A DNA stretch of 64,000 nucleotides, taken from contig JALMLS010000568.1 of assembly GCA_038496445.1 (NCBI GenBank), positions 62,001 through 126,000 on the forward strand, read 5' to 3'. Made by a program: the position numbers and the translations under genes. Below the pieces are notes generated by a model. The model was not told the DNA's origin and ran no database searches. It was given only the letters and a program-made list of their open reading frames with translations. The stretch is from Trichosphaerium sp. ATCC 40318. Taxonomy: Eukaryota; Protista; Tubulinea. Positions 31,942 to 45,100 of this stretch are shown here, one piece after another; the stretch's first letter is position 1, and every line of letters begins with the position of its first letter.

Positions 31942-34900
31942 ATGTATCAAACACCGAAATTGCGTCTTGAACCCACTACCGTTTGTACATTACTTAACTT
32001 TGTTGGAAACGAAACAAGTAAAGAAGTACCCTGTTTGGAACCTCCACCTTGCCTTACACTTGTACTGGGGCTGTTTTTTCTGATTTGACAAGTATTTAGG
32101 TTAATAATGCTGGTATTGATGAGTCGCATTACTATGTGAAATGTACTGTTGTACAGAGGGAAACAAACTGTTTACGTCGTATTGCGCTTCGCGATCCAAT
32201 TATGGCTGACAAGGAACCGGCTCCTAACGTGAAAACCGTTACACGACTGTTCTGTAGAGGAACCGCAACGTTTACAGATATCCAGTTAGGTATGTTATGC
32301 TATTTTTTAATGCGCTAACATTTAAAAGGCCTTGCTACTTACACCCAAAATTTGGATAGAGCATTGACTTGCAGTCTTGAATTTTCTGTAGTCTCGGTAC
32401 GCGAGTTTGAAGGTTGCCACTAAAAAATGTAGAAACAATTTCCGAATTCAGCGCCATTAACAACCGCGATACTGCTTGTAGAAGCGCATGAGTGGATAGG
32501 CTAGTAATTTATCAGCGTATGTGCTAACAACATACAGGACATTCTCTCGATAAACCTTACATTGAAGATATTTCGCATCCGGAAATACTTGTTGGACGCC
32601 AAGAGAGTACGTTGCTTAACGACGGAAATTTATTAATATATTATTAAGCGGCGGTAATCTATGGACGCAACTTCGCGCCACCATCTATTGTTAAGTTCTC
32701 ACATGGTGAAAGCGTGGAAAAAAACCACGATAACAACTCTTATATTCCTAAAATAAAAATGCCTTGTTTTGAGTACGAAACGACCATTGACGCCTGTGTG
32801 TTATCTCGTACGTTTTCTTGTAGCACTTTGAAGTCTAATTGTAAAAAAGTAAATGGGCTATCTAATAAAATAAAGATCCAATACTACTTAGAAGATTCGC
32901 CCTATCGTGATGATTATCAAAAAACTATAGGTATGTGCGACTTCCCGTTTATGTACTCACTTGTTAAAAGGGATTAATGAACAAAAAGGGAATGATGAAC
33001 AATATCTACTCCCCAGTTTCGCAAACAAAGACAAGAAAATGGGTGAATCAGACGATGACACTTCCTGCTCTGCTTGGAACAATAATGTTGGGTCATTTTT
33101 TTCGTTTGAGTATACATTTGGGGCTCTTGGAGCTAAGAGACATTCCAACTGTATGTGATTCAATGATGCTATACATCCCTAAACAAGAACTAGACGGAGA
33201 GACCGCGCTTCATTTTGTAGCAGCCCACGGTACTGTTGACAATACGAGAGTTCTTCTCGCTGAAGGTGCAACGCTTGAAGCGAAGAATAATCGAGGCGAT
33301 ACGCCTTTATTCTATGCTGTAGCAAAACGAAATGAGCCTGTTCTTCAGTTCTTAATTGAGAACGGTACCAAGAAATATAACCTCATTTTGTTTTATGTCA
33401 TGCTTTTACTATCATAGGAGCATCTTTGGAAGTAGTAAACAAGGATGGTATAACACCTATCATGCTTGCATCGCTGTTTGGATACGATCTGGAAGTTGCA
33501 AAGAGTTTAGAAAAGCGTAGGAAACAGGTTTTAAAAGCCGGAGGTGTTGAGGTATGATTTAAAAACTCTGTACTTTGCTGCGCCTATGACCAGTTTAACT
33601 GTTTTCTTCAACAGTTTATTCCTACAAAAATCCTTTCATCAGCATACGACGATGACTCAGTAGGTGGTTGTGTTAACGACTCTTCCGCCACTATCAGTTA
33701 TAGCCCTAAAGAACTTCCCACTTCCCCAAATACAACACCACGTACCGAATCATTTGTTCACCAATTTGATGGTATACATACGCTATACGATAAAATAGAA
33801 CGCGATTGGAACGAGGAGTATCAAGTATGAGATGTGATTGTTTAATGCTTCATTTATTTATTACTAGTCTCTCAAAGAGCAACAATTTAGCGATAAAAGC
33901 AAAGAGCTAGAGAGAACATCGCAATTACGACATTTGACCGAAGTAAAAATTTTTAAATACTTCTGAATGCACGCATTAGCTTATACGAATAGGAATTTTC
34001 TGCATGCGCCACAGAGACTGCTAAGCGAATTATATCAGAAGTGCACTTGCCTGACTCAAGAAAAACTATTAAGCCTGTTACCAAGTACAACCCTCATTTA
34101 TAGCGTTTGGAAAAATACAATTGACTCTCCAGATTTTATTAATTCCTGCTTTTAGTAAACTCGGTGGCGCTGGTGGAGTTCAAGTACGTATCGTATTACT
34201 GTTTCCAAAACGGTTTTTTTAACTTTTTTTGTCTGTTTACAGTTTTTCCACAATTCCATCTTGTTCAAGTTCCCAAGTGATGGTAGAGGGATATATCAAA
34301 ACCAAGATGGTGTAAGAAAGGCGTGTGGACATGAATTGAAGGGTTTAATGTGCTTGATGGACTGTCGTGTTGAAGGTAAGACGAAATAGCATCTTGTAAA
34401 ACCTTAACTTTTCTTTGAAAAATACATACACTAACAACATTTTTCTTGTCAGCGTTATGTTTTCCTTTGATGACTATTATTGATTATCGAGGATGGCGTA
34501 TTCTAGCGGAAGCCATTTTGCCAATTGATAAACAAACTGTTATTTATGGGTCTACAGATGGTGCTCAGACTATTCATAATAGTAATGATGAAATGGACGA
34601 GAAAATGGGGATAGTCGCGAAAATTCTGAATTTAGAACCTGAAGAGGTCTGGAACCGGGATAAGACCAAGAAAACGCGGTTGCATGTCTCTTGTGATATC
34701 GAGGGGCACCTTGGACGAGATCATAGGTTCTACCTAATCGGTACACCTCTTTAACAAGTCAAATTTTTTCAAAAATATCCGTCGTCATTTTTTTGGTTAA
34801 AATCGATCACTTACTCTATTTATTTCGTCTGTAATTTAATGTATGTTTTTTTTATAGATACTGCACGTGTTATGCCACCGGCTGAACCTATAGTTGGTAT

Positions 34901-37416
34901 TAAACGTGGATTTCTTTTTCAACAACTTCGGCCTGAACTTGTTGTTATGAATTCTGATAGTCTTTGTGCTGATGCTTTTTCTGGGTTTACTATTTGTAAT
35001 GCAAAAACACATAAGAAACATATATGTGATGCAACAAGAAGATTAACTAATCATGTCATACCACACTTTGGTAAAGAATTGATGAGAGATAGAAACTTCT
35101 TGAAGAAGCTTAATGATCCTACTAATTACGTTTTTCAGCATCTAATCACTGCGCTACATCAGCATGGTATAAATGTTCGGTATTTGGTGCGTCTCAGTCT
35201 TCTTTTAACAGCGGTTTTCCTACGGTTTTCCAAACAAAAGAAAATGTTGTAACTTACCTGTTTTCCTTTTTTTGGCTTTGTCTTTTCTTCTCCCGGGGTG
35301 GGCTAAATTTTCTTTAGGCTATGTTACGGAATAGTGTACAAGGCGAAGAATTGAGAAAGTTTTTGATGACTGAGATGGTTGCGCGTGTGCTTAAACATGA
35401 ACTTCGTTCAAAAATGAGTGAACTTACGCAAACAAATGACGAGGACTTTTTTGTGCTAGTAGCTGACTTCTGCAACTTGGTTCGTATTCTTTCCTACACT
35501 AATTTACGCGGGCACTTGTGGTAGTACTTACTTATTACGTACACTAGGTGTTTCAAGATCACCACGACTCGTTCATGCTTTGGTCAACAACAATACATCA
35601 TGAACTAAAAAGTCGGTTTGTTGGATGGGATTTAGAGTCTACACAGTCTACTTATCTTAAACAAACATGTGTTCTCCCTTTCCATACGTTTAAACGGCTT
35701 ATGGCTCTAACGTGTTTTTCTATTTCGAAGGAACGTGAAGCGTATTTGAAAATGAATTGGAAAAAATTGATTTCGGGGCGTGGTGATGTCTTATTACGAG
35801 CAGCTGATGTAACCAGTCTTGATCCTAAGGTTAAGCATATACATAGGTTGTATTTTGAAGAAGCTACAGCTATGCCACATTATGCAATGAATACTAGAAA
35901 TCAAAAGAACAAAAAACATTTATTTAAAAAAGCTGTTCAAGGTTTTGGAACGGCTATTCGTGCTAAGCCTGGTGACTTTAGAGCACATCATAACCTTGGT
36001 ATATCTTACCTATACTTAGCAAAGAATATAACAAAGCTAGATAAAACAAATATTGAGGTACGGCAAGTCTAAGAAAGGAAGAAAAAAAAGAAGTTCATAA
36101 GAACTTTTTTCTTCTTGGTGTTAACTGCTTTCTGCTGTAGGTTGCGGATCAGAATAAGCTGCTACAGGCCCGTTATTACCTTGAGAAGTCTGTTTCAATG
36201 AGACCTAGAGCTGATACTCTTATTCATTTGGCGGACTGTTGTGTTGAAATTGCAAAAACTCATCACTCTCAAAAAAAGGCTCTTGATAGTTTGAACAAGG
36301 CTTTTACTCACTTTAAGAGCGCTTATAATTTAAAAAAGACTGCTGGTCTTTTTCTTAGTTGGGGTAATGCTATAATACAATGTGCGAAGGTACATCTTAT
36401 TTGGGATAAAACACGTGATGACAAGAAAAAAGAACTTTATGTTGAGGCTTGTTCTTTTTTCAAAAAAGCGCATGCTCTTGGTAACAAGAAAAATCATACT
36501 ATCTTGGTTCAGTGGGCTCTAGCACTTCATGAGATGGCTCTTATGTGCGGAGCAAAACAAAGAGATGTTTTATTTTCGAAGGCTATCAGGAAATTCGAAG
36601 AAGCAGCAAGTTTTAAAGGAAATTATGCAACTTTTTGGCATTGGGCTAATACATTGTATCGTCATGCCCGATGTCTTATTGCTGATTGTACTGAAAAAGC
36701 GTCAGAGGATAAAGGGTATATAACAATGATTTTATCTATATTAGGATCAGCAGTGGATAAATACAGACGGTACTTGAGCTAAACAACAGTTTTAAATCGC
36801 TAAACGAAAAAAAGTTTGGTTGGATTTTTTTTGCACGTGTTTTGTTTCGCTTACCTTAATTTTGTAGAACAATTCAAGCAAGGCCTACGTGTCGTAAGGC
36901 TATTTCAAATTGGGCGAAGGTATTAACGTCTATTTGGGATATATCAGCGAGGTTTGGTCCTCAGAAACAAATAGATCGATGTTTTGTTGAACAACTGACG
37001 GTTTTTTTGAAAGAGCATCACAAGGTTCATGTACCAGCTAATCAGCGTGAAATACTTTTAAAACAGATTACAGGACTTCATCCTGATGTTAAATCTATGG
37101 TTGATAATTTTTCACAGCCTCTTGTGAAACATTCACCAAAGCCACTTCAAAATGTATGGCAAACTTCACATTCTCAAGAAGCTCCTAAGAGAAGTCACTC
37201 TTCAAATGTATTAAGACAAGTTTTCGCATCAGATTCTGTTGGTACTTATGAACCAAAGGCAAAACGACAGAAGATTACGAAGGTAATAAGGCTTTTCCTC
37301 AAAGAGCTTTTCTGTAAGTTGTCTTGTTCTTTGTTTACTGACACTTTTTTACAAAGACTGAGTCACCTGATGATGACATTATTTCTATGACTCAAGATAG
37401 TCAAATGGCTGGATAA
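31942..37416 (+). CDS. Pair 1 gene B1: N-domain, IPT/TIG, ankyrin, CLU domain, TPR
   Basis: TLLNFVG..P.L.PPP; ATFTDIQLG; VEAHEWIG; IPT-like PYIEDISHPEILVG..AVIYGRNF; ankyrins GETALHFVAAHG and GDTPLFYAV; CLU RDWNEEYQ, GHELKG, PLMTIIDYRGWR, YGSTDG, DIEGHLGRDHRFYLI|DTAR, LRPEL, LHQHGINVRYL; TPRs (AHHNLG, WGNA, WANTL). Confidence 0.85.
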
Positions 37417-37699
37417 TACAGTCTTTTTCATTTTACACAACCAGCTTCACAACAATTGAATGTTCTCAGCTTGGTTCTCAACTTGGATCACAACTTGTTT
37501 TTCAAATGCCTGTATCTCATACGAATTATCAGCCAGATAACATTGTCAAAAGACGTCCAAGGTACAATTTTGCTAAGAACACCTCTTCCTAAAGGCTATG
37601 AATATCAGAGTTTTGAAAGAGAACGCTGACTTGAAGGTACTTTAATAGGTTTGGTTTTTTTTTTGCTTAACGAGAATTCAATAGTATATTTTGGCGACC

Positions 37700-39832
37700 G
37701 CTTCAAAGTTGTTCAAGTACATTCAACAAAAGTAATGAGAGGAACCTAGTAGATAGAGTACGAAGATACCACATGAATATACGATGTCTGACATTGTAAC
37801 ATATGAGAAGTTGTAAATGTGGCCATACAAAATTTGGTGTTCCAGTTATGGACAAGTAAATTTGGAACAGCCATCATTTCTTCTAAAAATAATTTATTGT
37901 CCGTGTCATTCGAGTTTACTAATATTTTCTAGAAAGTCAGTTTCTAGCACTTTTATCAGATCAGCAAAAATTGACACTTCTGTCAAATGGTGTAGATCTA
38001 TCACAATGTGAACTATTTGCGTTACTATGTTGTCCTTCATAGTGTGACTTCAAACAAACTTTGCCTCTTTTCGATTGACAAGCCGGCAGAACTACCAAAT
38101 TCCAAGAATTTCAAAAACTGTCCCAAAAGCGATGCTGCCGTTAACGCAACTAAATTTTCATTACAACAATGATGCACGCAAATCCTTTTAACTGTGCTAT
38201 GCATGTCCAACTAGCAAAGAAAACCTTCAAAATCAAAAAATACAAAAAAGAACAGCTCAACATGTTTCCCACACGTATATATGCGTTCCGTACGACTTTA
38301 CTAAATAAAAGTCTTTAGATATGCGTTTTCTTTTGTTTTGTCCGGTTCGTTTTAGCTGTTTGCTGTTAGCTCTTAACATTTTACAACACTACGCATCCTG
38401 TGCCAATAGTAACAACGACAATTGTCTAGGCGAACACCTTTATTACCTTCTATGACAACATAATGAACAAGTTCTTGGGTTGTTTAAAATAGCGACGCCA
38501 AAAAAAAACAAATGTTAAGTTTATTTTTACAATAGAGTACGGAGAACAAAACAGTTTTGGTGGATTATGAAAGCCATAGCTTAGCTCTAAATGGTTTTGT
38601 ATGTGATACATAATTTTTCTTCGTCGAGGGGTAAAGAGAACGTCCCTTCCATGAGCTCATAACATGCTTTACCAAGAGAAATGATAATGTCTTTAGTTGG
38701 GAAAGTGTGTAATAGTACTCGCTTTCCACGAGTAACGTTGGCATTGAAATGATTGGCCACAAAAGACGAAAATTGACTTACAGTAATAGGTCCCGGAATA
38801 CCTGAAAATCGAACCTCTTGGACTGTAGGGCGGTGAGCCACAGCCGACCAAAGTAGACCATGAATAAAAAAGCAGCTCTCTTTTGAATTGGATAAAGGGA
38901 TGCTGTCAGAACCTCGCACTGTGATGATATAGGAGCTGCTGGTGATGTCCAAATCAGCGTTTTCATTTTGTAGCTTTTCTATGATTATTTCTTTGGAGCC
39001 ATAAATGCGATGAGGCTTCCATGAGAAGCTCGTTAAGTTCTTTTTCAGAAAGAGTATTGAGACCATGCTTGAAAAAGCAGCTTTCTTTCGAGTAGGCTTC
39101 AGGGATGCAGTCAGAACCTCGTACAGTGATGATAAAGGAGTTGTTGGCAAAGTCCAAGTCAGTGTCTCTTTCTTTGTGAAGTTTTTGTAGCTTTTCTATG
39201 ATTATTTGTTCAGAGCCATAAATGTACTGCGAGGCTTCCATAAGAAGCTCGTTTAATTCTTTTTCATTAAAAGTATTTCTATTGATTGCAACAGGAGTTG
39301 TGGGTGTATTTCCGCAGGTGATTTGTTCATCTACAGGTTTACCAAGCAAGCTGATTTTGAACGTTGAAGAATGCTTTTTACCCTCAAGGAGATTCGACAT
39401 TTTCTCCTTCAGGATGAATTACTTTTGTGCAATCTCGCAGCCTTTTCTATTCGTTGCCTCATTTGTTTATTGTATGTAAGCCTTAATTAACATTAGCAGT
39501 TAGCTGAAACTAGAGTAATCTGATAACGTACTGCTTTGTATTTGTTCGCTATCTCACAACCCGTTTTCTGTTCTTCATCCAAAATTTGTGGCAACAAACC
39601 AATATCATCTCAAGCGAAATATCACAGTAGGAGTTTTAAATGGATATTCGCAATAATGTTGGCACAAGGTCGAAGCATGAGTGTAAGTTTCCTTCTCGCT
39701 TTTCTTCTTTTTTGCTTTCCTTGACTCTAATGTGAATTTGTTACTCACTCTCATAAGATCTCAAAACCTCAATATCATGGAAACCCATTTGAAAACCATG
39801 ACCCAATTAGAGTAATTCTTCCTGGAAACGAC
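37700..39832 (-). pseudogene. Scrambled partial duplicate of the 46.7-50.9 kb region (3' end of gene A3 plus fragments)
   Basis: 38143-39060 is near-identical to 48895-49818 but has a 2-bp deletion (ATGAGGCTT vs ATGAGAGGCTT) that shifts the frame. 39065-39540 is a more divergent repeat of the same domain. About 39548-39832 is an inverted copy of about 50651-50935. 37703-37795 matches 46733-46830, and 37803-37880 matches 47432-47510. Confidence 0.85.
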
Positions 39833-40506
39833 ACTTTTCATGTTTGACTAAATGTTCATTGCAACAGTTGACTGGTTTTTTTTTTTTACAGAAAACAAAA
39901 ATGAAATTTGGGTGTGGTAGGTGATTTCTGCTAGCTATCCTGTTACTGTCGTTGTCGGTTGCCAGTTGGTCTTGGTCCGTCGCGTTCAAACGTATGAAAT
40001 GTACATCTTCAGTCAAAAAATGGCTGTTGACGTGTTTTACTCCGTTACAGACGTTTGGGTAAACTTCAGTTGACTTCGTATAAATCAACAACAACCTACA
40101 AAGCTTATGAACAACATGATGAGCAGCAATCACCCACATCCCACCCAAAAATTTCCTAAACCTTTCTTTATTTTCCAAGTGTTCTTGTGTAATATATAAC
40201 AATGCTTGGCGCTGTGCTAGAGCCACAAGACATTTTAGATTCCTCCCAACATCGTTTATAGTTAGTGTTCTTTGTTAGTTGATAGAAGAAAGTAAACTGA
40301 GAGTGTTAGAACTCTAACGTTGTAGCACAACAAAGACCCCTTAACTTTTCTCATTTGCAATCAACTGTTAACTACCACGTGAAGCGTTTATCTTATCACT
40401 GAAAAAACTATGAAACCACAACCAGTCTTCTTTTTAAATTCTTCAGTTCGCTTCAAAAATTAAATAAAGAACAGAAAATGAGTATTCTTTATTTTGTTTT
40501 GAATAT

Positions 40507-42083
40507 TTACTCAACACAAGACAAGGTTTTAGAGTAATGGATGACTGGATTTAGAGCACGTGTCAATTTCCTTTTTTTGGGTTGCGGACTATTTAGTTGT
40601 CTAATAACATGTTAGTACTACAACAAAATCAAGGCACTTACGTATTTTTTGCATTTCTTTTACGAGCCACGTGTTTCTTCTTTGTTATGCTTGTTTTTTT
40701 GTTTATTTCTTGGATGTATTTATCTTCCATCTCTGCTCGTGAATTGCATAAATAAATGTAATCTTTTCTATCCACTGTAAATCCTGCTGTAGCTCGATGT
40801 GACGTGACGTATATCGTTATCAGTTGAACTGGTTCTCCACTTCCCTTGTTGATATAGGTAACAACGTATGTTCCAGGGAAAGCGAATGCTAGTATTATCT
40901 CGTATTCGCTCGTCTCGCCGACCTCAGGGCACCAGTGATGTATTTTTAGCCCCTTTGTTGAGTATTTGTTGTTCACATCTTCGGGGCTGTCGCAACAATC
41001 AAATAGGCAATCATCAAATGTGTCAGCTTTGCGTTTTGGAGTGCCTGTTATTTTCACTTTGTATTGGTTAATGTGGCCTTTAAACTGTAGCTTAATAGAT
41101 CGCCTTTTTTTAGGGTCTACAGCAATTCGATACCAACAAATTACTGGAATCTATCAAACTCAACAATCAACAGCCAGCTGCATTTTGACTAAATACTTAC
41201 CTTGACTCGTGTCATGGTTACCATTTTTACGACAAAAAAGTTTGTTTTGTCGTGCTCTACTTCTTACTTTAGTACTAGAAACGTCTTGAGTACTTCCGCA
41301 CCTGTTGAGTGAGACAAATTACAACGAGAGCCCTTCACTATAAATGGATTTGAGTTGCCACATAGCTGCTCTAGTTCAATAGGGCGCAGAGTGGTTTCTG
41401 GTTTGCTTGTTAATATTGAATTCGATACACCACGTGTGGAAGGCTGTGGTGATACCGTTCTGCTCTCGTGTTCGTCAAGAGGTGTGAGATCATCAACAGT
41501 AGCCGGCAAAACCAACTCGCTCACTGTAAGCTGAGCAAACGCATCTTGAATAGCATTTAAAGTCGGTTTGTTTTTTTTGTGGTAAAGGGTGGCAATGTCT
41601 TGTACAGTTTGGTTTGATTTTGTACGAGCAGAAATATCAGCGCCTGTGTGTATTTAGAGGTTGCAAAAAGAACTAATTTGCACCTTCGCTTCTCAGCTTG
41701 CGAATGGCATCTAGGCTGCCTGTTTTTACAGCGATATGTAATGGAGTCTGGCCAAAAGAGTTAGCGCTGTTAACGTCAACAAATTCACGAAGGATTTCGA
41801 TAAATTTTGATGCATTTTTGCTATTCTCCTTATTTAATGCCACATGAAGTAGAGTGTCTCCAGCTAGCATTACATAAATAAAAACAACTATTGAGAAAAA
41901 CAAAGCGGCCGTACAGGGAAGTTTGAACCTATCCAAGTCATACTTAGTTTTATTTAGTATATCTTTGAGCTCTTCAGGCTTGTTGTCGTGCACTGCTTGG
42001 AACGCTTTTAAAACTAATAATACGTTAGCTTGTCACTATAAGACTGCGTTTTTAATTGTTACACTGACCTTGCATCTGTTCAT
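40507..42083 (-). CDS. Pair 2 gene A2: ankyrin, domain X, NLS-like tail (one splice acceptor looks defective)
   Basis: GDTLLHVAL, GQTPLHIAVKTG; KGLKIHHWCP..YEIILAFAFPGTYVVTY..ITIYVTS; tail PQPKKRKL. Paralogous to A1 with the same exon layout. Confidence 0.75.
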
Positions 42084-42124
42084 TCCGTTAAAATTTTACC
42101 GTTCGAACAGTTTCGCACGTGTTC

Positions 42125-42146
42125 CGAACAACTTAACAGGTTAAGT
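42125..42146. promoter_or_regulatory. Conserved motif in the pair 2 bidirectional promoter
   Basis: CGAACAACTTAACAGGTTAAGT contains the inverted repeat ACTTAA-N4-TTAAGT. Confidence 0.55.
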
Positions 42147-42178
42147 GCACAAAAAGTTTTCAAACCGAAACATAGCAA

Positions 42179-45100
42179 ATGGAACGACGATTGCCTTTTG
42201 CGCGTCTCGAAACTCCCAAGAACGTTTGTACTTTGCTTAACTTCCTTGGAAATGTAACATGTAAAGAGGTGCCTTATTTAGACCCTCCACCTCGCATTAA
42301 ACTGGTACTGGGGTTGTAGTTTCTGATTTGACTTGATTTAGCTTGATAGCCTTGTAAACGAGTGGGATTACACTGTACTATGTACTGTTGTACCAAAAAC
42401 AGACCATTTACGTCGTATTACACTTCGTGATCCTGTCTCAGACTCTGGAAATAAGTCGGTTCATACCGTACAGCGACAGTTCGTTAATAGAATCGCAACG
42501 TTTACTGACATCCAGTTGGGTATGTCAACACTATTTTATAACATATTGTTTGCTAACAATTTAAGGCCTTAAGACATACACCCAACATTTTGATCGTGCT
42601 TTGCAATGCTCTCTTGAATTTTCTGTTGTCAAAGTACGTCCGATTTTGGTTGGTTCGCCTCTAAAAAATTTAGAAAAACGACAGCCAGTCAGAGCCAATA
42701 ATAACTATGACACTTTATGTCGAAGCACATGAGTGGATAGGTTGTAATTTATCGCTTACTATGTTGTTAATAATGATAGGACATAGTCTCATGTCGCCTC
42801 ATATTGTCAATATTGCACCTAACAAAGTACGTGTTGGACATCAAGAAGGTAACGTTTGTTACATGATTTTATTGAATATTTAACATATTTTTATAAAGAA
42901 GCCGTAATCTATGGACGTGACTTTGCTCCACCATCTATTGTTTTCTTCACAACCGGTGAAAGTGTAGAAAAGGAGCATGAGTACACAGCATTTATTCCTG
43001 AAATAAAAATGCCTTGTTTGGAGCAACCAGAAGTAGTTTGGGCTCGAGTATTATCTTGTACGTTTTCTTTTGTAAACTTGTACGGTTCTTATGTTTAACC
43101 AAGTAAATGGGTATTCTAATTATGTACCTATCGAATACTATCGAGAAAATACAACATCTCAAAATGGGTATCAACAAACCATACGTGCGTGCGACTTCCA
43201 TAGTTATATTCTCACTTTTTACCAAGAAAATTATGAGAATTACGAAGGGACTTGCATTTACAAAGACGAGACAATGGGCGACTCAAGTATGGAACTTTCC
43301 TTCTTTTCTAAGAAGATAATCTTTTTACAGGTTTTTCGTTTCCAAATACCTTTGCGACGCTAGGACCAACAGGACAATCTTGCTGTATGTTTACATTGTC
43401 GCTACAAATTTCTAAACATGAACTAGACGGAGAGACTGCACTTCATTTTGTAGCAGCCCATGGTACTGTCAACAACGCAAAGATACTTCTAGGCGAAGGT
43501 GCAGCGCTTGAAGCAAAGAATGAACGAGGCGATACACCTTTATTCTATGCTGTAGCAAAACGAAATGAGCCTGTTCTTCAGTTCTTAATTGAGAATGGTA
43601 CCACAAAATAGAATCTCGTTTGGTGATTTGTCGTGCTTTTACTACCATAGGGGCATCAGTAGAAGCGGTAAATAAGGACGGAATTACGCCTATCAAACTT
43701 GCGTCACTGTTTAGATATAGTCTGGATGTTGCAAATAGTGAAGAAAAGCGTGTAATACCGGTTTTAAAAGAAGCAGGTGTTGAGGTATTATTTAAAAAAC
43801 TCAGCAAATTTTGTGGCTATTAAACGTGATTCCTTCAATAGTGTATTCCTACAAAAAACATTACATGCACATACGATAATGAAGCACATATTGCAGGTGG
43901 TTCAGATAGAGGTAAGCACGAGAACAACTTTTTTTGTGGATTTTCATTCTCTTTTAAGATGTTTATCTGGCAACCTATGCTGGCCTGTATGTTGCTATCA
44001 AGATATTTAAGGGACAATTTGCTATTGATTCAAAAAGTGATTTTAGTTTATTTAATAGAGAGGTTATCGCATTAAACTCTTTACATCACGAAAATATTGT
44101 AAAATGTCTCGGATACATTCAAGGTACTAACATATTAACTTTTTATTGTTGATTGTTTTAATATAAGGTGGTGTTACTATGAGAGGTATAACCACAAAGG
44201 TATTGGGTATTGTAACACAGTTTCTTCCTGGCTCTGATTTAGCAAATATGATTGATTGTACAAAATTTTCACTCTATCCAGTACGGGGTGTGTCTCGTTT
44301 TTGCTCGGATATTAAGTTGGTTTGTTTTAGGCAAATGGTTTCAAACAAATACTGAAGATATTACAAGGTATTGCTCAGGGTATGGCGTATATACATAAGT
44401 TAAATGGGGCACATAGAAATCTAACAGCAGAAAATGTAAGACAAAAATAGTACAATCTTTGTTACACATCCTTTTGTAGTTGAGCTATTGACCTGTTTGC
44501 TTAGGTACTAGTGTGGGCAAAAGACAAAGTAAAAATAACAGGTTTTGGACTTTGTATATACGACACAACTGGTGTTAGTAAACTTTCTTCTGGACCTTCA
44601 GTGAAAAAAAGAACTGCCAATACTAGTAGATCTCTCCGTCAATGTGTTGGTACACCAATGTACGTTCAATTCTCTACCGAGAATGCTAGCTATGGTTTTT
44701 CTTTTTATGCTTTTCGTTAAGTCTCTATCAAAGATACATGGCTCCAGAAGTACATACTTTCTTCCCCGACACTTCACTTTCAGCTAAAGTAACAATTAAA
44801 GATTGGCAAATGTACGTACTTGAGCATTATGTAAAGGCTTATAAGAATGCCGTACTAAAGCCCTTTGTAGGGCAGATGTGTATGCTTTTGGTGTACTATG
44901 TTACGAGCTTATAAGCTCTACGCGGGCTTGGGGAGCTTTAGATACAATAGAGCTAGCGTAAGATTTCAGCAATTGAGATAATTAACCCACGTGTTGTGTA
45001 GACGTCTAGTATTACATGGGCACAGGCCAGAGTTTCCTGATGGAGTTTGGGATAGTGAGGATCTAGCAGAAGTGGGAATCTTGGCACAAGACTGTTGGGA

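Noticed and set aside
39807-40226. 139-aa minus-strand ORF as a real gene
   Set aside because: Non-ATG start, no recognisable motif, and it runs into the inverted duplicate fragment.
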